NCBI GenBank assembly: GCA_046563655.1 | Contig: CM102283.1 | Span: 5,146,001-5,210,000 of the forward strand | Length of the DNA stretch: 64,000 nucleotides | Source: Yuukianura sp. NJ FZ-2021 | Taxonomy: Eukaryota | Direction: 5' to 3' | Shown here: positions 49,901 to 64,000 of the stretch, one piece after another | How positions within the stretch are numbered: the stretch's first letter is position 1 | Layout of the letters: each line of letters opens with the position of its first letter | Notes under the pieces: model-generated | What the model was told of the DNA's origin: nothing | The model's input: the letters and a program-made list of their open reading frames with translations, nothing else | The model's database searches: none | Made by a program: the position numbers and the translations under genes

Positions 49901-52900
49901 ACACGCAAGCAGTGGAGTCAATAGTTGTCTCTAAAGGCAAAGAATCTAGAATTAAACCTTAAAATTTGCCAAAAAAAGCCAGTCTTCTGTTTTTGCACAG
50001 CCCAGTGTTGAAATCACCTCGCTGTGCGACAAAATAAAAGCGAACCTTTGACACAACAAATGTGACGAAAAATTCTGCTGTAACACGCAAGCAGTGGAGT
50101 CAATAGTTGTCTGTAAAGGCTCAGAATCTAGAATTAAGCCTTATTTGCAAAAAAAAAAGCCAGTCTTCTATTTTTGCACAGCCCAGTGTTGAAATCCCCT
50201 CACTGTGCGTCAAAATAAAAGTGAACCATTGACACAACAAATGTGACGAAAAATTCTGCTGTAACACGCAAGCAGTGGAGTCAATAGTTGTCTCTAAAGG
50301 CTCAGAATCTAGAATTAAAGCTTAAAATTTGCCAAAAAAAGCCAGTGTTCTATTTTTGCGCGTGTAAGTGGTTGTAACTGTACAGCCCAGTGTTGAAATC
50401 CCCTTACTGCGCGTCAAAATAAAAGCTAACCTTTGACACAACAAATGTGACGAAAAATTCTGCTGTAACACGCAAGCCGTGGAGTCAATAGTTGTCTGTA
50501 AAGGCTCAGAATCTAGAATTAAACCTTATTTGCAAAAAAAGCCAGTCTTCTATTTTTGCACAGCCCAGTGTTGAAATCCCCTCACTGTGCGTCAAAATAA
50601 AAGCGAACCTTTGACACAACAAATGTGACGAAAAATTCTGCTGTAACACGCAAGCAGTGGAGTCAATAGTTGTCTGTAAAGGCTCAGAATCTAGAATTAA
50701 ACCTTAAAATTTGCCAAAAAAAGCCAGTCTTCTGTTTTTGCGCGTGTAAGTGGTTGTAACTGTACAGCCCAGTGTTGAAATCCCCTCACTGTGCGTCAAA
50801 ATAAAAGCAAACCTTTGACACAACAAATGTGACGAAAAATTCTGCTGTAACACGCAAGCAGTGGAGTCAATAGTTGTCTGTAAAGGCTCAGAATCTAGAA
50901 TTAAACCTTAAAATTTGCCAAAAAAAGCCAGTCTTCTGTTTTTGCACAGCCCAATGTTGAAATCCCCTTACTGCGCGTCAAAATAAAAGCTAACCTTTGA
51001 CACAACAAATGTGACGAAAAATTCTGCTGTAACACGCAAGCAGTGGAGTCAATAGCTGTCTCTAAAGGCTCAGAATCTAGAATTAAACCTTAAAATTTGC
51101 CAAAAAAAGCCAGTCTTCTGTTTTTGCACAGCCCAGTGTTGAAATCCCCTCACTGTGCGTCAAAATAAAAGCAAACCTTTGACACAACAAATGTGACGAA
51201 AAATTCTGCTGTAACACGCAAGCAGTGGAGTCAATAGTTGTCTCTAAAGGCTCAGAATCTAGAATTAAAGCTTAAAATTTGCCAAAAAAAGCCAGTGTTC
51301 TATTTTTGCGCGTGTAAGTGGTTGTAACTGTACAGCCCAGTGTTGAAATCCCCTCACTGTACGTCAAAATAAAAGCGAACCTTTGACACAACAAATGTGA
51401 CGAAAAATTCTGCTGTAACACGCAAGCAGTGGAGTCAATAGTTGTCTGTAAAGGCTCAGAATCTAGAATTAAACCTTATTTGCAAAAAGCCAGTCTTCTA
51501 TTTTTGCACAGCCCAGTGTTGAAATCACCTCGCTGTGCGTCAAAATAAAAGCGAACCTTTGACACAACAAATGTGACGAAACATTCTGCTGTAACACGCA
51601 AGCAGTGGAGTCAATAGTTGTCTCTAAAGGCTCAGAATTTAGAATTAAACCTTAAAATTTGCCAAAAAAAGCCAGTCTTCTGTTTTTGCGCAGCCCAGTG
51701 TTGAAATCACCTCGCTGTGCGTCAAAATAAAAGTGAACCATTGACACAACAAATGTGACGAAAAATTCTGCTGTAACACGCAAGCAGTGGAGTCAATAGT
51801 TGTCTCTAAAGGCTCAGAATCTAGAATTAAAGCTTAAAATTTGCCAAAAAAAGCCAGTGTTCTATTTTTGCGCGTGTAAGTGGTTGTAACTGTACAGCCC
51901 AGTGTTGAAATCCCCTTACTGCGCGTCAAAATAAAAGCTAACCTTTGACACAACAAATGTGACGAAAAATTCTGCTGTAACACGCAAGCCGTGGAGTCAA
52001 TAGTTGTCTGTAAAGGCTCAGAATCTAGAATTAAACCTTATTTGCAAAAAAAAAAGCCAGTCTTCTATTTTTGCACAGCCCAGTGTTGAAATCCCCTCAC
52101 TGTGCGTCAAAATAAAAGCGAACCTTTGACACAACAAATGCGACGAAAAATTCTGCTGTAACACGCAAGCAGTGGAGTCAATAGTTGTCTGTAAAGGCTC
52201 AGAATCTAGAATTAAACCTTATTTGCAAAAAAAAAGCCAGTCTTCTATTTTTGCACAGCCCAGTGTTGAAATCACCTCGCTGTGCGTCAAACTAAAAGCG
52301 AACCTTTGACACAACAAATGTGACGAAACATTCTGCTGTAACACGCAAGCAGTGGAGTCAATAGTTGTCTCTAAAGGCTCAGAATTTAGAATTAAACCTT
52401 AAAATTTGCCAAAAAAAAGCCAGTCTTCAGCTTTTGCACAGCCCAGTGTTGAAATCCCCTCACTGTGCGTCAAAATAAAAGTGAACCATTGACACAACAA
52501 ATGTGACGAAAAATTCTGCTGTAACACGCAAGCAGTGGAGTCAATAGTTGTCTGTAAAGGCTCAGAATCTAGAATTAAACCTTAAAATTTGCCAAAAAAA
52601 GCCAGTCTTCTGTTTTTGCACAGCCCAGTGTTGAAATCACCTCGCTGTGCGTCAAAATAAAAGCGAACCTTTGACACAACAAATGTGACGAAAAATTCTG
52701 CTGTAACACGCAAGCAGTGGAGTCAATAGTTGTCTGTAAAGGCTCAGAATCTAGAATTAAACCTTATTTGCAAAAAAAAAAGCCAGTCTTCTATTTTTGC
52801 ACAGCCCAGTGTTGAAATCCCCTCACTGTGCGTCAAAATAAAAGTGAACCATTGACACAACAAATGTGACGAAAAATTCTGCTGTAACACGCAAGCAGTG

Positions 52901-55900
52901 GAGTCAATAGTTGTCTGTAAAGGCTCAGAATTTAGAATTAAACCTTAAAATTTGCCAAAAAAAGCCAGTCTTCTGTTTTTGCACAGCCCAGTGTTGAAAT
53001 CACCTCGCTGTGCGTCAAAATAAAAGCGAACCTTTGACACAACAAATGTGACGAAACATTCTGCTGTAACACGCAAGCAGTGGAGTCAATAGTTGTCTCT
53101 AAAGGCTCAGAATCTAGAATTAAACCTTATTTGCAAAAAAAAGCCAGTCTTCTAATTTTGCGCGTGTAAGTGGTTTGTAACTGTACAGCCCAGTGTTGAA
53201 ATTCCCTCACTGTGCGTCAAAATAAAAGCAAACCTTTGACACAACAAATGTGACGAAAAATTCTGCTGTAACACGCAAGCAGTGGAGTCAATAGTTGTCT
53301 GTAAAGGCTCAGAATCTAGAATTAAACCTTATTTGCAAAAAAAAAGCCAGTCTTCTATTTTTGCACAGCCCAGTGTTGAAATCCCCTCACTGTGCGTCAA
53401 AATAAAAGTGAACCATTGACACAACAAATGTGACGAAAAATTCTGCTGTAACACGCAAGCAGTGGAGTCAATAGTTGTCTGTAAAGGCTCAGAATTTAGA
53501 ATTAAACCTTAAAATTTGCCAAAAAAAAGCCAGTCTTCTGTTTTTGCACAGCCCAGTGTTGAAATCACCTCGCTGTGCGTCAAAATAAAAGCGAACCTTT
53601 GACACAACAAATGTGACGAAACATTCTGCTGTAACACGCAAGCAGTGGAGTCAATAGTTGTCTCTAAAGGCTCAGAATCTAGAATTAAACCTTATTTGCA
53701 AAAAAAAAGCCAGTCTTCTATTTTTGCGCGTGTAAGTGGTTTGTAACTGTACAGCCCAGTGTTGAAATCCCCTCACTGTGCGTCAAAATAAAAGCAAACC
53801 TTTGACACAACAAATGTGACGAAAAATTCTGCTGTAACACGCAAGCAGTGGAGTCAATAGTTGTCTCTAAAGGCTCAGAATCTAGAATTAAACCTTAAAA
53901 TTTGCCAAAAAAAGCCAGTCTTCTGTTTTTGCACATGTGGTTTTTAACTGTACAGCCCAGTGTTGAAATCCCCTCACTGTGCGTCAAAATAAAAGCTAAC
54001 CTTTGACACAACAAATGTGACGAAAAATTGTGCTGTAACACGCAAGCAGTGGTGTCAATAGTTGTCTGTAAAGGCTCAGAATCCAGAATTAAACCTTAAA
54101 ATTTGCCAAAAAAAAGCCAGTCTTCTATTTTTGCGCGTGTAAGTGGTTTGTAACTGTACAACTAAGTGTTGAAATCACCTCGCTGCGCGTCAAAATAAAA
54201 GCGAACCTTTGACACAACAAATGTGACGAAAAATTCTGCTGTAACACGCAAGCAGTGGAGTCAATAGTTGTCTGTAAAGGCAAAGAATTTAGAATTAAAC
54301 CTTAAAATTTGCCAAAAAAAGCCAGTCTTCTGTTTTTGCACAGCCCAGTGTTGAAATCCCCTTACTGCGCGTCAAAATAAAAGCTAACCTTTGACACAAC
54401 AAATGTGACGAAAAATTCTGCTGTAACACGCAAGCAGTGGAGTCAATAGTTGTCTGTAAAGGCTCAGAATTTAGAATTAAACCTTAAAATTTGCCAAAAA
54501 AAGCCAGTCTTCTGTTTTTGCACAGCCCAGTGTTGAAATCACCTCGCTGTGCGTCAAAATAAAAGCGAACCTTTGACACAACAAATGTGACGAAAAATTC
54601 TGCTGTAACACGCAAGCAGTGGTGTCAATAGTTGTCTGTAAAGGCTCAGAATCCAGAATTAAACCTTAAAATTTGCCAAAAAAAAGCCAGTCTTCTATTT
54701 TTGCGCGTGTAAGTGGTTTGTAACTGTACAGCCCAGTGTTGAAATCCCCTCACTGTGCGTCAAAATAAAAGCTAACCTTTGACACAACAAATGTGACGAA
54801 AAATTCTGCTGTAACACGCAAGCAGTAGAGTCAATAGTTGTCTGTAAAGGCTCAGAATCTAGAATTAAACCTTAAAATTTGCCAAAAAAAATCCAGTCTT
54901 CTGTTTTTGCACAGCCCAGTGTTGAAATCACCTCGCTGTGCGTCAAAATAAAAGCGAACCTTTGACACAACAAATGTGACGAAAAATTCTGCTGTAACAC
55001 GCAAGCAGTGGTGTCAATAGTTGTCTGTAAAGGCTCAGAATCCAGAATTAAACCTTAAAATTTGCCAAAAAAAGCCAGTCTTCTATTTTTGCGCGTGTAA
55101 GTGGTTTGTAACTGTACAACAAAGTGTTGAAATCACCTCACTGTACGTCAAAATAAAAGCGAACCTTTGACACAACAAATGTGACGAAAAATTCTGCTGT
55201 AACACGCAAGCAGTGGAGTCAATAGTTGTCTGTAAAGGCAAAGAATTTAGAATTAAACCTTAAAATTTGCCAAAAAAGCCAGTCTTCTGTTTTTGCACAG
55301 CCCAGTGTTGAAATCCCCTTACTGCGCGTCAAAATAAAAGCTAACCTTTGACACAACAAATGTGACGAAAAATTCTGCTGTAACACGCAAGCAGTGGTGT
55401 CAATAGTTGTCTGTAAAGGCTCAGAATCCAGAATTAAACCTTAAAATTTGCCAAAAAAAAGCCAGTCTTCTATTTTTGCGCGTGTAAGTGGTTTGTAACT
55501 GTACAGCCCAGTGTTGAAATCCCCTCACTGTGCGTCAAAATAAAAGCTAACCTTTGACACAACAAATGTGACGAAAAATTCTGCTGTAACACGCAAGCAG
55601 TAGAGTCAATAGTTGTCTGTAAAGGCTCAGAATCTAGAATTAAACCTTAAAATTTGCCAAAAAAAATCCAGTCTTCTGTTTTTGCACAGCCCAGTGTTGA
55701 AATCACCTCGCTGTGCGTCAAAATAAAAGCGAACCTTTGACACAACAAATGTGACGAAAAATTCTGCTGTAACACGCAAGCAGTGGTGTCAATAGTTGTC
55801 TGTAAAGGCTCAGAATCCAGAATTAAACCTTAAAATTTGCCAAAAAAAAGCCAGTCTTCTATTTTTGCGCGTGTAAGTGGTTTGTAACTGTACAACAAAG

Positions 55901-58900
55901 TGTTGAAATCACCTCACTGTACGTCAAAATAAAAGCGAACCTTTGACACAACAAATGTGACGAAAAATTCTGCTGTAACACGCAAGCAGTGGAGTCAATA
56001 GTTGTCTGTAAAGGCAAAGAATTTAGAATTAAACCTTAAAATTTGCCAAAAAAAGCCAGTCTTCTGTTTTTGCACAGCCCAGTGTTGAAATCATCTTACT
56101 GCGCGTCAAAATAAAAGCTAACCTTTGACACAACAAATGTGACGAAAAATTCTGCTGTAACACGCAAGCAGTGGTGTCAATAGTTGTCTGTAAAGGCTCA
56201 GAATCCAGAATTAAACCTTAAAATTTGCCAAAAAAAAGCCAGTCTTCTATTTTTGCGCGTGTAAGTGGTTTGTAACTGTACAACAAAGTGTTGAAATCAC
56301 CTCACTGTACGTCAAAATAAAAGCGAACCTTTGACACAACAAATGTGACGAAAAATTCTGCTGTAACACGCAAGCAGTGGAGTCAATAGTTGTCTGTAAA
56401 GGCAAAGAATTTAGAATTAAACCTTAAAATTTGCCAAAAAAAAGCCAGTCTTCTGTTTTTGCACAGCCCAGTGTTGAAATCCCCTCACTGCGCGTCAAAA
56501 TAAAAGTGAACCATTGGCACAACAAATGTGACGAAAAATTCTGCTGTAACACGCAAGCAGTGGAGTCAATAGTTGTCTGTAAAGGCTCAGAATCTAGAAT
56601 TAAACCTTAAAATTTGCCAAAAAAAGCCAGTCTTCTGTTTTTGCACAGCCCAGTGTTGAAATCACCTCGCTGTGCGTCAAAATAAAAGCGAACCTTTGAC
56701 ACAACAAATGTGACGAAAAATTCTGCTGTAACACGCAAGCAGTGGAGTCAATAGTTGTCTGTAAAGGCTCAGAATCTAGAATTAAACCTTATTTGCAAAA
56801 AAAAAGGCCAGTCTTCTATTTTTGCACAGCCCAGTGTTGAAATCCCCTCACTGTGCGTCAAAATAAAAGTGAACCATTGACACAACAAATGTGACGAAAA
56901 ATTCTGCTGTAACACGCAAGCAGTGGAGTCAATAGTTGTCTGTAAAGGCTCAGAATTTAGAATTAAACCTTAAAATTTGCCAAAAAAGCCAGTCTTCTGT
57001 TTTTGCACAGCCCAGTGTTGAAATCACCTCGCTGTGCGTCAAAATAAAAGCGAACCTTTGACACAACAAATGTGACGAAAAATTCTGCTGTAACACGCAA
57101 GCAGTGGAGTCAATAGTTGTCTGTAAAGGCTCAGAATCTAGAATTAAACCTTAAAATTTGCCAAAAAAAGCCAGTCTTCTGTTTTTGCGCATGTGGTTTT
57201 TAACTGTACAGCCCAGTGTTGAAATCCCCTCACTGTGCGTCAAAATAAAAGCTAACCTTTGACACAACAAATGTGACGAAAAATTCTGCTGTAACACGCA
57301 AGCAGTGGTGTCAATAGTTGTCTGTAAAGGCTCAGAATCCAGAATTAAACCTTAAAATTTGCCAAAAAAAAAAGCCAGTCTTCTATTTTTGCGCGTGTAA
57401 GTGGTTTGTAACTGTACAACAAAGTGTTGAAATCACCTCGCTGCGCGTCAAAATAAAAGCGAACCTTTGACACAACAAATGTGACGAAAAATTCTGCTGT
57501 AACACGCAAGCAGTGGAGTCAATAGTTGTCTGTAAAGGCTCAGAATTTAGAATTAAACCTTAAAATTTGCCAAAAAAAGCCAGTCTTCTGTTTTTGCACA
57601 TGTGGTTTTTAACTGTACAGCCCAGTGTTGAAATCCCCTCACTGTGCGTCAAAATAAAAGTGAACCATTGACACAACAAATGTGACGAAAAATTCTGCTG
57701 TAACACGCAAGCATTGGAGTCAATAGTTGTCTGTAAAGGCTCAGAATCTAGAATTAAACCTTAAAATTTGCCAAAAAAAAGCCAGTCTTCTGTTTTTGCA
57801 CAGCCCAGTGTTGAAATCACCTCGCTGTGCGTCAAAATAAAAGCGAACCTTTGACACAACAAATGTGACGAAAAATTCTGCTGTAACACGCAAGCAGTGG
57901 AGTCTATAGTTGTCTGTAAAGGCTCAGAATTTAGAATTAAACCTTAAAATTTGCCAAAAAAAGCCAGTCTTCTGTTTTTGCACAGCCCAGTGTTGAAATC
58001 ACCTCGCTGTGCGTCAAAATAAAAGCGAACCTTTGACACAACAAATGTGACGAAAAATTCTGCTGTAACACGCAAGCAGTGGTGTCAATAGTTGTCTGTA
58101 AAGGCTCAGAATCCAGAATTAAACCTTAAAATTTGCCAAAAAAAGCCAGTCTTCTATTTTTGCGCGTGTAGGTGGTTTGTAACTGTACAACAAAGTGTTG
58201 AAATCACCTCACTGTACGTCAAAATAAAAGCGAACCTTTGACACAACAAATGTGACGAAAAATTCTGCTGTAACACGCAAGCAGTGGAGTCAATAGTTGT
58301 CTGTAAAGGCAAAGAATTTAGAATTAAACCTTAAAATTTGCCAAAAAAAGCCAGTCTTCTGTTTTTGCGCGTGTAAGTGGTTTGTAACTGTACAACAAAG
58401 TGTTGAAATCACCTCGCTGCGCGTCAAAATAAAAGCGAACCTTTGACACAACAAATGTGACGAAAAATTCTGCTGTAACACGCAAGCAGTGGAGTCAATA
58501 GTTGTCTGTAAAGGCTCAGAATTTAGAATTAAACCTTAAAATTTGCCAAAAAAGCCAGTCTTCTGTTTTTGCACAGCCCAGTGTTGAAATCACCTCGCTG
58601 TGCGTCAAAATAAAAGCGAACCTTTGACACAACAAATGTGACGAAAAATTCTGCTGTAACACGCAAGCAGTGGAGTCAATCGTTGTCTCTAAAGGCTCAG
58701 AATTTAGAATTAAACCTTAAAATTTGCCAAAAAAAGCCAGTCTTCTGTTTTTGCACATGTGGTTTTTAAATGTACAGCCCAGTGTTGAAATCCCCTCACT
58801 GCGCGTCAAAATAAAAGTGAACCATTGACACAACAAATGTGACGAAACATTCTGCTGTAACACGCAAGCAGTGGAGTCAATAGTTGTCTGTAAAGGCTCA

Positions 58901-61900
58901 GAATCCAGAATTAAACCTTAAAATTTGCCAAAAAAAGCCAGTCTTCTATTTTTGCGCGTGTAAGTGGTTTGTAACTGTACAGCCCAGTGTTGAAATCCCC
59001 TCACTGTGCGTCAAAATAAAAGCAAACCTTTGACACAACAAATGTGATGAAAAATTCTGCTGTAACACGCAAGCAGTGGAGTCAATAGTTGTCTGTAAAG
59101 GCTCAGAATCTAGAATTAAACCTTAAAATTTGCCAAAAAAAGCCAGTCTTCTGTTTTTGCACAGCCCAGTGTTGAAATCCCCTCACTGTGCGTCAAAATA
59201 AAAGCTAACCTTTGACACAACAAATGTGACGAAAAATTCTGCTGTAACACGCAAGCAGTGGAGTCAATAGTTGTCTGTAAAGGCTCAGAATCCAGAATTA
59301 AACCTTATTTGCAAAAAAAAGCCAGTCTTCTATTTTTGCGCGTGTAAGTGGTTTGTAACTGTACAGCCCAGTGTTGAAATCCCCTCACTGTGCGTCAAAA
59401 TAAAAGTGAACCATTGACACAACAAATGTGACGAAAAATTCTGCTGTAACACGCAAGCAGTGGAGTCAATAGTTGTCTGTAAAAGCTCAGAATCCAGAAT
59501 TAAACCTTAAAATTTGCCAAAAAAAAGCCAGTCTTCTATTTTTGCGCGTGTAAGTGGTTTGTAACTGTACAGCCCAGTGTTGAAATCCCCTCACTGTGCG
59601 TCAAAATAAAAGCAAACCTTTGACACAACAAATGTGACGAAAAATTCTGCTGTAACACGCAAGCAGTGGAGTCAATAGTTGTCTGTAAAGGCTCAGAATT
59701 TAGAATTAAACCTTAAAATTTGCCAAAAAAAGCCAGTCTTCTGTTTTTGCACAGCCCAGTGTTGAAATCACCTCGCTGTGCGTCAAAATAAAAGCGAACC
59801 TTTGACACAACAAATGTGACGAAAAATTCTGCTGTAACACGCAAGCAGTGGAGTCAATAGTTGTCTGTAAAGGCTCAGAATTTAGAATTAAACCTTAAAA
59901 TTTGCCAAAAAAAGCCAGTCTTCTGTTTTTGCACAGCCCAGTGTTGAAATCACCTCGCTGTGCGTCAAAATAAAAGCGAACCTTTGACACAACAAATGTG
60001 ACGAAAAATTCTGCTGTAACACGCAAGCAGTGGTGTCAATAGTTGTCTGTAAAGGCTCAGAATCCAGAATTAAACCTTAAAATTTGCCAAAAAAAGCCAG
60101 TCTTCTATTTTTGCGCGTGTAAGTGGTTTGTAACTGTACAACAAAGTGTTGAAATCACCTCGCTGCGCGTCAAAATAAAAGCGAACCTTTGACACAACAA
60201 ATGTGACGAAAAATTCTGCTGTAACACGCAAGCAGTGGAGTCAATAGTTGTCTGTAAAGGCTCAGAATTTAGAATTAAACCTTAAAATTTGCCAAAAAAG
60301 CCAGTCTTCTGTTTTTGCACAGCCCAGTGTTGAAATCACCTCGCTGTGCGTCAAAATAAAAGCGAACCTTTGACACAACAAATGTGACGAAAAATTCTGC
60401 TGTAACACGCAAGCAGTGGAGTCAATCGTTGTCTCTAAAGGCTCAGAATTTAGAATTAAACCTTAAAATTTGCCAAAAAAAGCCAGTCTTCTGTTTTTGC
60501 ACATGTGGTTTTTAAATGTACAGCCCAGTGTTGAAATCCCCTCACTGCGCGTCAAAATAAAAGTGAACCATTGACACAACAAATGTGACGAAACATTCTG
60601 CTGTAACACGCAAGCAGTGGAGTCAATAGTTGTCTGTAAAGGCTCAGAATCCAGAATTAAACCTTAAAATTTGCCAAAAAAAAAGCCAGTCTTCTATTTT
60701 TGCGCGTGTAAGTGGTTTGTAACTGTACAGCCCAGTGTTGAAATCCCCTCACTGTGCGTCAAAATAAAAGCAAACCTTTGACACAACAAATGTGATGAAA
60801 AATTCTGCTGTAACACGCAAGCAGTGGAGTCAATAGTTGTCTGTAAAGGCTCAGAATCTAGAATTAAACCTTAAAATTTGCCAAAAAAAGCCAGTCTTCT
60901 GTTTTTGCACAGCCCAGTGTTGAAATCCCCTCACTGTGCGTCAAAATAAAAGCTAACCTTTGACACAACAAATGTGACGAAAAATTCTGCTGTAACACGC
61001 AAGCAGTGGAGTCAATAGTTGTCTGTAAAGGCTCAGAATCCAGAATTAAACCTTATTTGCAAAAAAAAAGCCAGTCTTCTATTTTTGCGCGTGTAAGTGG
61101 TTTGTAACTGTACAGCCCAGTGTTGAAATCCCCTCACTGTGCGTCAAAATAAAAGTGAACCATTGACACAACAAATGTGACGAAAAATTCTGCTGTAACA
61201 CGCAAGCAGTGGAGTCAATAGTTGTCTGTAAAAGCTCAGAATCCAGAATTAAACCTTAAAATTTGCCAAAAAAAAGCCAGTCTTCTATTTTTGCGCGTGT
61301 AAGTGGTTTGTAACTGTACAGCCCAGTGTTGAAATCCCCTCACTGTGCGTCAAAATAAAAGCAAACCTTTGACACAACAAATGTGACGAAAAATTCTGCT
61401 GTAACACGCAAGCAGTGGAGTCAATAGTTGTCTGTAAAGGCTCAGAATTTAGAATTAAACCTTAAAATTTGCCAAAAAAGCCAGTCTTCTGTTTTTGCAC
61501 AGCCCAGTGTTGAAATCACCTCGCTGTGCGTCAAAATAAAAGCGAACCTTTGACACAACAAATGTGACGAAAAATTCTGCTGTAACACGCAAGCAGTGGA
61601 GTCAATAGTTGTCTGTAAAGGCTCAGAATTTAGAATTAAACCTTAAAATTTGCCAAAAAAAGCCAGTCTTCTGTTTTTGCACAGCCCAGTGTTGAAATCA
61701 CCTCGCTGTGCGTCAAAATAAAAGCGAACCTTTGACACAACAAATGTGACGAAAAATTCTGCTGTAACACGCAAGCAGTGGTGTCAATAGTTGTCTGTAA
61801 AGGCTCAGAATCCAGAATTAAACCTTAAAATTTGCCAAAAAAAAGCCAGTCTTCTATTTTTGCGCGTGTAAGTGGTTTGTAACTGTACAACAAAGTGTTG

Positions 61901-64000
61901 AAATCACCTCGCTGCGCGTCAAAATAAAAGCGAACCTTTGACACAACAAATGTGACGAAAAATTCTGCTGTAACACGCAAGCAGTGGAGTCAATAGTTGT
62001 CTGTAAAGGCTCAGAATTTAGAATTAAACCTTAAAATTTGCCAAAAAAAGCCAGTCTTCTGTTTTTGCACAGCCCAGTGTTGAAATCACCTCGCTGTGCG
62101 TCAAAATAAAAGCGAACCTTTGACACAACAAATGTGACGAAAAATTCTGCTGTAACACGCAAGCAGTGGAGTCAATCGTTGTCTCTAAAGGCTCAGAATT
62201 TAGAATTAAACCTTAAAATTTGCCAAAAAAAGCCAGTCTTCTGTTTTTGCACATGTGGTTTTTAACTGTACAGCCCAGTGTTGAAATCCCCTCACTGCGC
62301 GTCAAAATAAAAGTGAACCATTGACACAACAAATGTGACGAAACATTCTGCTGTAACACGCAAGCAGTGGAGTCAATAGTTGTCTGTAAAGGCTCAGAAT
62401 CCAGAATTAAACCTTAAAATTTGCCAAAAAAGCCAGTCTTCTATTTTTGCGCGTGTAAGTGGTTTGTAACTGTACAGCCCAGTGTTGAAATCCCCTCACT
62501 GTGCGTCAAAATAAAAGCAAACCTTTGACACAACAAATGTGATGAAAAATTCTGCTGTAACACGCAAGCAGTGGAGTCAATAGTTGTCTGTAAAGGCTCA
62601 GAATCTAGAATTAAACCTTAAAATTTGCCAAAAAAGCCAGTCTTCTGTTTTTGCACAGCCCAGTGTTGAAATCCCCTCACTGTGCGTCAAAATAAAAGCT
62701 AACCTTTGACACAACAAATGTGACGAAAAATTCTGCTGTAACACGCAAGCAGTGGAGTCAATAGTTGTCTGTAAAGGCTCAGAATCCAGAATTAAACCTT
62801 ATTTGCAAAAAAAAAGCCAGTCTTCTATTTTTGCGCGTGTAAGTGGTTTGTAACTGTACAGCCCAGTGTTGAAATCCCCTCACTGTGCGTCAAAATAAAA
62901 GTGAACCATTGACACAACAAATGTGACGAAAAATTCTGCTGTAACACGCAAGCAGTGGAGTCAATAGTTGTCTGTAAAAGCTCAGAATCCAGAATTAAAC
63001 CTTAAAATTTGCCAAAAAAAGCCAGTCTTCTATTTTTGCGCGTGTAAGTGGTTTGTAACTGTACAGCCCAGTGTTGAAATCCCCTCACTGTGCGTCAAAA
63101 TAAAAGCAAACCTTTGACACAACAAATGTGACGAAAAATTCTGCTGTAACACGCAAGCAGTGGAGTCAATAGTTGTCTGTAAAGGCTCAGAATTTAGAAT
63201 TAAACCTTAAAATTTGCCAAAAAAAGCCAGTCTTCTGTTTTTGCACAGCCCAGTGTTGAAATCACCTCGCTGTGCGTCAAAATAAAAGCGAACCTTTGAC
63301 ACAACAAATGTGACGAAAAATTCTGCTGTAACACGCAAGCAGTGGAGTCAATAGTTGTCTGTAAAGGCTCAGAATTTAGAATTAAACCTTAAAATTTGCC
63401 AAAAAAAGCCAGTCTTCTGTTTTTGCACAGCCCAGTGTTGAAATCACCTCGCTGTGCGTCAAAATAAAAGCGAACCTTTGACACAACAAATGTGACGAAA
63501 AATTCTGCTGTAACACGCAAGCAGTGGAGTCAATAGTTGTCTGTAAAGGCTCAGAATCCAGAATTAAACCTTAAAATTTGCCAAAAAAAGCCAGTCTTCT
63601 GTTTTTGCACAGCCCAGTGTTGAAATCCCCTCACTGTGCGTCAAAATAAAAGCTAACCTTTGACACAACAAATGTGACGAAACATTCTGCTGTAACACGC
63701 AAGCAGTGGAGTCAATAGTTGTCTGTAAAGGCTCAGAATCCAGAATTAAACCTTAAAATTTGCCAAAAAAAAGCCAGTCTTCTATTTTTGCGCGTGTAAG
63801 TGGTTTGTAACTGTACAGCCCAGTGTTGAAATCCCCTCACTGTGCGTCAAAATAAAAGCAAACCTTTGACACAACAAATGTGATGAAAAATTCTGCTGTA
63901 ACACGCAAGCAGTGGAGTCAATAGTTGTCTGTAAAGGCTCAGAATCTAGAATTAAACCTTAAAATTTGCCAAAAAAAGCCAGTCTTCTGTTTTTGCACAG
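40979..64000. repeat. Satellite array 3, 182-bp basic monomer with ~178, ~200 and ~204 bp length variants, roughly 120 copies, runs off window end
   Basis: GTTGTCT(G/C)TAAAGGC at 40981, 41163, 41345, 41527; optional inserts GCGTGTAAGTGGTT(T)GTAACTGT or TGTGGTTTTTAACTGTACA. Confidence 0.98.

Overview
Eukaryotic, probably arthropod, heterochromatin-like window. The 64-100 bp GT-AG introns and the chemoreceptor-like gene suggest a compact hexapod genome such as a springtail; this is inference only. About two thirds is satellite DNA: a ~128-bp array (1-841), a 100-N gap, a 223-bp array (942-21578) and a ~182-bp array (40979-64000). The 223-bp array is interrupted by a 2.2-kb element with ~355-bp TIRs, AG...CT termini and a 6-bp target duplication. 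These are Maverick/Polinton-type ends, but the only clear gene inside is a C2H2 zinc-finger ORF. Between the two large arrays is a ~19-kb island holding: (1) a nested stack of Helentron-associated non-autonomous elements (HINE/DINE-1-like) and a Harbinger-like MADF fragment; (2) a complete ~9.9-kb Helentron encoding a spliced Rep-Pif1 helicase-APE endonuclease with one in-frame TAG in the HUH motif, an intact RPA70-like two-OB-fold gene and a divergent Ulp1/C48-like protease; (3) the 3' half of a serine carboxypeptidase gene; (4) a 7TM chemoreceptor-like pseudogene split by a 1.2-kb foldback element with a TAA duplication. All family assignments come from motif recognition by eye; no database searches were run.
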